Below are positions 54,700-64,000 of a stretch of DNA of 64,000 nucleotides, one piece after another (positions within the stretch are counted from its first letter, which is position 1; every line of letters begins with the position of its first letter). The stretch comes from Trichoplax adhaerens (taxonomy: Eukaryota; Animalia; Placozoa), in NCBI RefSeq assembly GCF_000150275.1, contig NW_002060943.1:4980008-5044007 (forward strand), in the 5' to 3' direction. The notes under the pieces are model-generated. The model did no database searches, was not told the DNA's origin, and was given only the letters and a program-made list of their open reading frames with translations. The position numbers and the translations under genes were made by a program.

Positions 54700-55043
54700 G
54701 GAATTGTATCCAATTCTGTTTTAGCCTAGTCCGCTAATTTAGCAAATAATTCTAAACTGATACAATCAAAGGCAGTAATGGTATCTAACATGGTACAGTA
54801 TAATCAATAGATACCAATCTATGCCAACTGAATTTATTTCTGTATCAGCCTAGTCTACGAACTTAGCAAACAATCCTAATTTGATATAATTGATATAATT
54901 AAGACAGTAATAGTATCTAACATTGCATAATCGATAGGTACCCATCTACGCTAACTGCATCCATTTCTGCATCGCCTCAGTCTACTAACTTAGAAAATAA
55001 TTGTTAATTGATATAATCAAAGACTGTAATGGTGTCTAATATT
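54700..55043 (+). repeat. diverged tandem repeat, ~125-bp unit x~2.7
   Basis: GCCTAGTC..CTAA.TTAGCAAA.AAT...TGATA.AAT.AA...GTAAT.GTATCTAA recurs at about 54724, 54848 and 54974. Confidence 0.85.
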
Positions 55044-57195
55044 GAGTATACACTCCTTTTAAATTAGTCGTCATGATCAGTTAGACTAGCCTTAGCCTGT
55101 ATAGAAATTCATCCATATTGTGATGTAATAAATAATACGATCATTGCACCAGTAATTGCAATCATCGTAAAGCAGTTTATTGACGACAACAATTGGAAAT
55201 ATCTTGAATTTAGTGATGCAGCTTATAAGAATCATTATGACTAGGATAAGCAGCTTATGAACAATAAACTACCTAAACTGGTTTAAAAATAGTTTTACCT
55301 AAGCTACATAATATTGTAGCCAATTTTAATATTGTGGATTTCTTTTTGTTAATATTTAGTTAATCTACAGTCAGTCAGAACAATTAGTTTGGGACTAATT
55401 TCAAGCATGAAGACAACAAATTTTCCCTTATTTTCGCAAGAGCCTATGTAACTCAATACTTAATAACGAAGTATCGGCTTAAATCTCTACAATTCACACA
55501 AGCAGTATTATACTGTAGTTAGTATTAATCGTTCTAAATGTTATTTTAGTAGTTTATTTTGACCATTTCCATATTTTACTACCCCTTTCTCACTTATTAC
55601 GTTAAAGGTCATAAAATTTAGATTTAACGTCTTGAAACTTTACCGCCCATTCCAGTGATCGATATAATCATGCAATACCAATCAAGTTATTGTCAAGAAA
55701 AATTGACCACCGTCGATCGAAAAAAGTAGAATAGTCATCAAGAGAGAAAAATAAGATGAAACAAGACTTTTATTGCTTTGCAAAACAAAAAAAACAAAAA
55801 AGTTTTCCTCCTGACCTCTGTCTCAGCCATGTTGAATTTTTCCTTAATTTCAAATCGATGTACTTTGCCCACTAATAGTAGCTTACAAGACAGGAATACA
55901 AGAATGATTTAATCGCTAAGGTTAACCCCTATAAGTTATTGCACCTGCTGCTGATTTGAACACATAGGTGGGAAATAATTCTACAATAAGTTCGTTCGAT
56001 ATATTTAAAATTAGATAGCCAATAGCATTCCACGTTATTCCACTCTTGTTGACAAAATTAACTAGGCAGCCATGCACAGAATTGTTATGATAACAATGAA
56101 ACATCTGTAGCATTTGGCAATATCCAATGCACGCATAAAGGAGAAAATAAATAGCGTCTCAAACGATTCAAGGTAGTAAAAAGACTCAAAGCCAATACAA
56201 TCAAAATTTCTCAAATAGTAATCATTCAGGTATTGAGACACCATATGTAAATATTTTCTAGATTTTTTGCAGATATGACTGCGCCTAGGACTCCTTTACA
56301 AGAAAGGATCAATCAGGAATTATGTTACATTTTGTTTCTATACGAAATTGCGTACCTAAACTGATGATATTCCTAAATCTTTTGAGTCTAGCCCAGTTCA
56401 TCCCTTCAATTCTAAAATATTCGACTCTAGTGAATTTGAACTTTACGTACATGGACGACTAGACGGCATAGCTGATTTTTTACTACTCGATAATATTATT
56501 ATTAAGCAATATGGTACGTAGTAAAAATTTAAAACATTTTAACCAGGTGGCTGATGTTCAATGAAATGCCATACAGTAGATATACTAGGAATATCATCGA
56601 AGACTATTCAACATGGCATCGAATTATATACAACTAAGCTCTTAATGGATAGGCATGGTTTAGATTAATTATCAACTTTTTCAGCCAAAAGTCAGATAGT
56701 AAAAAAGTTCTTAAGTAATTGATAGAAAATTAAATTAACCATTTCCACCTTGTGCTATAAATTACGCCCGCGTGAGCTGAGGATCCAATTTAATGGCACC
56801 AAGTCATAATGACATAGTAAAGCAGTTATAATTACATTTAGATACTTCATAATTGCATTAAGAGCCAATTCTGACTAATCAAATGACAAAATAGATTCAA
56901 GGAAATTACATTATACGCTATTTTATTACATTCTTAGGTCTACCTCCTTGTTACAATACTGTAGCGTTTAAAATTTTCAAAACTGTTGCTAAATCTATAC
57001 GTAATGGGTATTACTTTCCAATATTGCAAATAACATTTTTAAATATTAAAATCTTAATCTATTCTTGGTTAATCAATCTGTAAAGAAATAAATTATGATC
57101 GACCACATCCCTTTGCACAAACAGTAAAAAATTTATTTGTTTGTATAAGCAGCATTTATGAATTAATCATTAGATCAATAATATAATTTAAGACT

Positions 57196-57722
57196 ATAGT
57201 ATCAACTATTCTGGTAACTAAATCTATTTAGTAGCTGTTTAGCAAAGCGAATAAAAATATCCTATAAAATGTCTACTTAATGCATGGTACAAACATTTCA
57301 ATTCTACAGAAAGTGAGACTTCCATAGCAAAATGCTCTGTGCCATGAGAATTTCCTTTGACAGTTTAATATCGGTGAAAATAAGCCTCTAATATTCATGT
57401 AATTGTAAGCCGTATAAAAAAGCTACCAAAACAAAAATCTAAAGTAATCTATCCATAGATTTATAGTATCAACTAATCAGGTGACTAGAGCAATTTCGTA
57501 GCTGTTTAACTAAGCAAAAAAATCGTAAAATGTCAACTTAAACACGGAGTGCAAAGATTCCAATTGTACAGAAAATGGGACTTTAATAGTAAAATACTTT
57601 ATACCAGTAGAATTTCCCTTGTTAGTTTAATCTCTGCAGGAATAAAATCTCTAATATCTATCTAAATTGTAAACCTGATAAAAAGCTACCAAAATAAAAA
57701 AAATGGAATGTAACCTACTATA
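57196..57722 (+). repeat. diverged tandem duplication, ~266-bp unit x2
   Basis: TATAGTATCAACTA at 57196 and 57462. Shared blocks include GTAGCTGTTTA, TAAAATGTC.ACTTAA, AGAATTTCC and ATAAAAAGCTACCAAAA. Confidence 0.88.
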
Positions 57723-59076
57723 GTCACAAATCTAGTCAAAATTAAAATATTTTCATACACTGTGAAGCTCATAGAAAATATACAAAAAATCTAGACTACC
57801 AATCTAAAGCTGTAAATGATATTAGAATCGTCTGAATATAATTTAAAGCACCATGAAATACTGATCCAGTTCTTAGAATTACAGCTTTTCAGCCTGATTA
57901 AATTAGTCAAGTTGATAACCATGATTATCATTATAACATGCACTTATATTTATATTTAGCTTGATGGTCAATGGATTATTGAATTATACAACGAATAAGG
58001 AGTTAATAGCGCGAAATTAATTTAATCTCCTGATAGAGAATTATTTCCACTTTAGCCTATCTTTTCCATGTAAAAGCATGATCCTAATAAAATATTTTTC
58101 TCCATTTCTCACTGTAGCATTATAATGTAACTCGATCTCTTACAGGTAGCGTCACTAACCACAAAATTTATGCGAATTCGCTTTAAAGTTCCTTTTTACA
58201 AGCTGATAAGTTCAATTTAAAAAGTCAATCCGTATAGTATCTAACTGGTTCAATAATTTAATAAATAATACTTTAGCTGCTTTAACATGAATTGAAGCTT
58301 ATTTCCTGCATCAAAATAAAACAATGTTGTTGAATGCTAGTTAATATAATAATCAGTCGCAGCAAGTCGTCATAGCATGTGACCATAATTTTATTCAGCA
58401 TTTTATGACCTTTGCCATGCCTTGTTGGTATTTCAAAGTAAAATAAATAAACGATACATAGGGAGTAAAGCTGATTTTTAAAGCTTCATTGAAGTCGTAC
58501 CTTGCAAATAAATGGCGTAACGGATTTTTATCGCTGTTAGAGCCAGTTTATTACATTAAGACGAATAAACGCGAAAATGACAGCCATATTATCACGACGG
58601 ATTGAGCAACACAATCAGAGTGAACTGAATAGCATTTGTGAATCAATCCCATACGTAATTTATTGAGTGCTAATATTTAGACTTCCATCTAGTTTACAAG
58701 ACTTAATGAGTGAGCTATAAAAAATCAGATTCAATATGCTCCTTTTAGGCTAAAATGTTATGATTCGATACTAACTACAGCAGATGGAACACCATGATTG
58801 ACTAACCAATGCATCTTTCTACATATATCATTCAAGGACTCTTTACGGACAGTAAACGGAGTCAATCTCCCTTAATTAGAGCATTGATAGAACAGAATTA
58901 GAATAAGATTGAGCTTAAAAGACTGAAAATAAATAAATTATGTATAAAAATAATGTTCAGTTTGGTATCATCTCAGGTAAACCAGATGAAACTTACAGGT
59001 GTACCAACCCCATACGCGTTCTACTGTACTGTACATACATCGTAAACTCTTTATGAGTATTGAGTGAAATTCATGA

Positions 59077-59383
59077 AGTTAAAATAGCTAAACTATGGAT
59101 AATAAATAGTATTATTAATTATCACTCAAGATTAAATTATCTCTATTCATAGTTCAATCATTGAAATCTAATTTTCAATAAGATAAGGGGGATAAGATAA
59201 TCTATCTACAGTATACAGTACAGAGCTTTTGATAAATAGTTAAAATAGCTAAACTATGGATAATAATTAGTATTATTAATTATCACTCAAGATTAAATTA
59301 TCTCTATTCGTAGTTAAATCATTGAAATCTAATTTTTCAATAAGATGATCTATCTACAGTATAGAGAGCTTTTAATAAATAGT
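59077..59383 (+). repeat. recent tandem duplication, ~160-bp unit x2
   Basis: AGTTAAAATAGCTAAACTATGGATAATAA...AGAGCTTTT.ATAAATAGT occurs twice with only a few substitutions and two small indels. Confidence 0.93.
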
Positions 59384-62300
59384 GTTTGGAATCTCTTCTG
59401 GAAATGAGGACAGTACTCCGGTGGTACTCCAGTCTGAGTCTTTCATTCACAATCAATGACCAAAGTACTGAAGATTCCTTTAAGCTCTAATTTAACATGA
59501 TCTAGGTACGCCGAGTACGTGTCAAACGTAGAAAATTATAACAATTATGTTGCTTAAATTAGCAAGACTTCGCAAATGAAGTAGCAGGAATAGCCTTCCA
59601 CATCCTCACATAGAATCATTGCCAAGGGAAAGCAGACATGAATGCCTATCTACACTAACATTTAATCTTCTCTTAGATGCAGATCCTCGATACACTTAAT
59701 ATATCAATTGAACTCTAAGACGATTTGCCAATCTTGCAGGCCATTCAAGAAAGTCAAACAGCATTCCTTGATTCAATATGTTTCATAGCTGCTATGCAAT
59801 ACTAACGAAACTAGATTCGATCTCAGGATCTAATATTCCATCTAATACCGCTACAGTATGTCTAAGAATTTGTAGTTAACTAGGTAAAGTGCTGTGAAAC
59901 GATATAGCGTAACGTGCTCGAAAAGCAACAAAAGAGACTTATGTAAAGTGTAAACAGAAAGTTGCAGCATGATCACAAGATTTTTATGTAGACTTGTCAC
60001 AGTAGGTTGTATTTAGAATTACATCGAGTTTACACGGATAAAAATGGATCAGCTTCGAAAATTTAGACGAGTATTTAGACTATCATTATATTGCATACTT
60101 AAAATCATGCTAATTTTAACTTCAGCCAACGAAAACTAGAATTGTCTATTAAAGCATACTCTACCGGATAAGGTATTACTACATTTAGCCTCTTCTTAGT
60201 ACTATAATTCTCCTTCAATCATACTCTTCAAGATAAGATATTACCGTACTAGCCTCTTACTTAGAATTAGATCTGGCCCATTAACATTTTAAATGAATAT
60301 ATTACAAATTTATAGCTTGCATTCGCATCTGATCATTTCAAGTACGGTATGATAATCAAAGAAATCATTCCATGCTTCAGAGAAAATAATCCTCATTTAT
60401 ACCAGAATGCTAGCATACGGCATAGCATAATATCAGTAATTTCAAGAAAAAGAAAATTACTTTACTGATCTTTTCTTTTCTTTTATTGGCGATATACGAG
60501 TACGCATGTACTGTACAACAGAATATTCATTGATATCGTTATTTCATGAGCATCATGTCGAAGTTTAAATTCTACCATAACTACATATCCTATTGTTAAT
60601 GATACTAATACAAATATCCACATGATGTATCTATCATGACATACATTTTCATCGTCTGTTTATTTAACGACATTTATGGTATTAATAATTATTATTATAC
60701 CATGATATTTTCACCCTTCCAAATAAGATTTCACATCATCATTCAATCTGCTTTGTCAATGACAAAGGGCGTCCAAAAAGAGAAGAAAATACTTCCTTGA
60801 AATTCTGTTGGATAATTCAAAAGTAAACCAAGCCAATATTGATTACAATTCCATCAATTGATCAAAGTTAACAAAAAACAACCAGAAAATATGACCATAA
60901 AGCGTACAAGAGCATATTCAGTTATCGGTAACCAGCGATAAACCAATCTTATTAGAGGGTTAATCACTTTCAACAACATTATCATGGTTAACCATTAAAA
61001 GAAATCAATTTTTGAATCAGTTATAATCATTATTTTGCCTAGCAATACTAAGAGTCTAGGAAAAACGTCATCAAATTTTAATATATATATATTATAAACT
61101 GAAAGTGATCAACGTAAACTAGCACTATGAAAGCGGTCATAATTACTATCCGTAAGAAATCAAAATCAAAATCATAACATAGTTTACTAGTTTAGATCCG
61201 CTTTACAGTTGTACAGAATAACCTGAATACTTTAAATCGAACTTTCGACGCTATTTCGTTCTATTTTAAAATTTAAATACTGGAGAGTATAAATCATAAC
61301 ATAGTATTACTTAAAATTTCTTTTCGTAGGAGTAGTATAAACAGATACGAAAAGTTGCAATATTGACGACCAAAAATGCTTTCATAATATTCGTTCAGTG
61401 CTTTTAAGATGACAACAGTAAGCCAAAAGAAATTCGCCTCATATCAATATTTAAATCTTGATGGAGGCGTAATTTATAAATAACATATTGTCTTTACCTG
61501 GCTATTAGCTGTAACGCATATTAGCCCTTACTATATTGGTTATCGTAAAAGAAATCAGGAATGATATTGGCAGCTAATGGACAATATTGCGATATGGATG
61601 AAAATAACTTGACATGGCAGCGCCAGAGTAGAAATAAGCAGAAGCTAGTAATAAAATCAGTTTAATTTTCGATATTACCAAGTTTAAAAAGAGAAAAGAA
61701 ATATCGCATCCTTGTATAATGTAAGCAAAGCCATAACTTTACGTACTCGTACGGTATTGAATAGAAATATACATTTTAATGGATAAACCATGTTGTTATA
61801 GGGTATCGCTTAATTAAATGATGCTACCGCCCAATTAGTGGTATTAGATAAATTCTTAATGCTATCAAGCAAGGATAGATTATATTACCAACTCAAGTAT
61901 CATTGTACCGCCATAATCTTTTGGACTGTAATAACCAGGTTCGATGACATTGGAATGTAACAAGATTAAGATATAAATTTTCTAATAGCATACCTTGTAT
62001 CTAAGATTCTAATAGGCGAATACTTATATGGCCAAAAATAATCACAATAGGTCCAATTTAATTTACATCAATACTAAATTAAGGAACTTTACGGTTTATA
62101 CCAGAAGTGGTGTGCAATATAGTTTATTATAAGCCTGCTTCACAAACATTCACATTACTTTTGTTCAAAATGGATCAAAACTTCATCTTTTATGACATTG
62201 TATTATATATGCGGCAAGTGATCAATTCCACCCCTAGAGTATTGCCTAATATTCTGAGCTCTTCTCTCTGTTAATTTTTAGATCATAGCACCATTTTACC

Positions 62301-64000
62301 AAGATTTCAAATTCCATTCCGTTTATAAGTGATTAGGGGATTAAAAATCGATACAACAGGAGAAAAATATTTTTCAGTTATAGCATAAAATATACTAATA
62401 CCATGTTTCTTTATTATCACTAAGAATTATAGTTTTGGTTGGCTTTCAAAATTTCTTTCGAATATATTAATTTTACCATCTATACATACCGTACTCAACT
62501 TTACAGTTGTAATTTGGTTGTTTATTAGTAAGTACACGTATAATGTAAACGTTAGCTTTTCATATTTTTTTAAGAATTGTAAATCAAAATAAACTTTTAA
62601 ACTACGCACAAATTATCAATCAGCTGAATGTTTGGCTTAAAGACAATAATAAATGGTAGGTTTTATTTTAGGACGCTTATACCCTAGCCACTAATTCAAT
62701 TTAAACTAGTTTATTTACATCACCAACCTGCTTGGGGAGATTCGCTAGTTAGTTGTGGTAAATACTTAGTGTTTTTACGGACAGGATTATTAACATTTCT
62801 CTGAGTATTCGAATGAATTGGGACGCAGAATTAGTAATACTTAAAATATTTTTAGTATTATTTTCACATAACAGTCCTACTTCACTTCATTAGAAAAGCA
62901 TAGCATTGGCATAAAGTATTCAAATTTAAATATATATGACAATTGGTATAACTTACAGATTTTGTTCTTGTTTTAGGCATCTGAGAAGATGAAGCATGAA
63001 TAACTTTCTAAAAGATTTAAAAATATCGAAGAAATCACTATATAGCGTTTTTTGCTCGTAATTCTTATATACAATGCGATTTTTTGTATTTATAGCAATT
63101 TAAACTAAGTAAATTAAATTATAGTCTAGGGAAGATCATATTATCCGAGGAAGAATTTTTGAATTGATGAATATCTTATAGGATCACCTTTAATGAATTT
63201 ACTATGACCTTTAGATGCGCTACACTAACTGCACGATCTGGTCAAATGCAATTACTAGTTCTAAAGAAATGTTAGTATTCTATTTTTGAACCGAATATAG
63301 AGACTAAGTAGTACGAACGGATTCAACAAAAGAGCAACAATATAAAAACATCATTTACGAAATATAATCAAGCATTTAAGCTATCCAAAGCAATATTCAA
63401 TCTACCTGCAACTCCGGTTCAAACCATTCACGAAAACCATCAAAATAGCTATGATCTAATAACTGTCGACACGATGACCGAGATGCGGGATCCAATTGTA
63501 GACAATCCTATATATAATAGACAATATATAGCAATATTACTATTCACGTTTATTAAAATAATTTCACCGTCAATAAATAGATACATATACTTATAAAGAC
63601 TATATATTTCTTACCCTCATAAAATTAATGGCTACATTAGAATGTTTGATAAATTTTTGCTCTAAAGGCTCCTAAATTAAAGAATATTTTCATTAAAAAA
63701 ATTCTGTTATATTGTACTGTACTTCAAGCAACATAAATAAAATACCGTATATTATCTAATATTATCTGAATTTATAACTTTATGTAAAACTATAGACATG
63801 AGACTGCTTCCATATTGTATATGCGCCTATGCTACAAATATATACCCGAACTACGTTTGGTTTATGCCATTGGTAACTAACAGCCGATGGAGGTTGTAAA
63901 CTGCGAGATATCACTTTATTCAAAATTTACATCGAATATTTTTAATCCATTGTTTTGTACTAATTTGACCGATAACTATAGTCCTACGTAATCAGTAAAT

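Noticed and set aside
60745-60990. Hydrophobic minus-strand reading frame interrupted by a stop
   Set aside because: No recognisable family motif; explicable by T-rich composition.
63415-63425. B-box-like GGTTCAAACC (possible tRNA or SINE)
   Set aside because: No A-box or cloverleaf stems around it; I found no tRNA or rRNA gene in the window.

Overview
AT-rich eukaryotic (animal) genomic DNA with many short GT-AG introns and two 50-N assembly gaps. The intron sizes, base composition and gene set suggest a compact non-bilaterian genome such as a placozoan (Trichoplax-like), but this is inference only. Four protein-coding genes can be reconstructed by hand: a single-coding-exon class A GPCR (10483-11613, +), BBOF1/CCDC176 (19 exons, +), CFAP61 (about 38 exons, +) and a convergent aquaglyceroporin (5 exons, -) with an 8.8-kb first intron. 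The two motile-cilium genes are adjacent and each has an RFX X-box about 240-320 bp upstream of its ATG. The most striking signal is at 2582-2910: an insertion with near-perfect terminal inverted repeats (at least 123 bp, 5'-AG...CT-3') and a perfect 6-bp target-site duplication (TACATT), whose interior is hidden in an assembly gap. This matches the Polinton/Maverick signature. A second repeat family brackets the GPCR in inverted orientation, and several 2-3-copy local tandem duplications lie in non-coding DNA.
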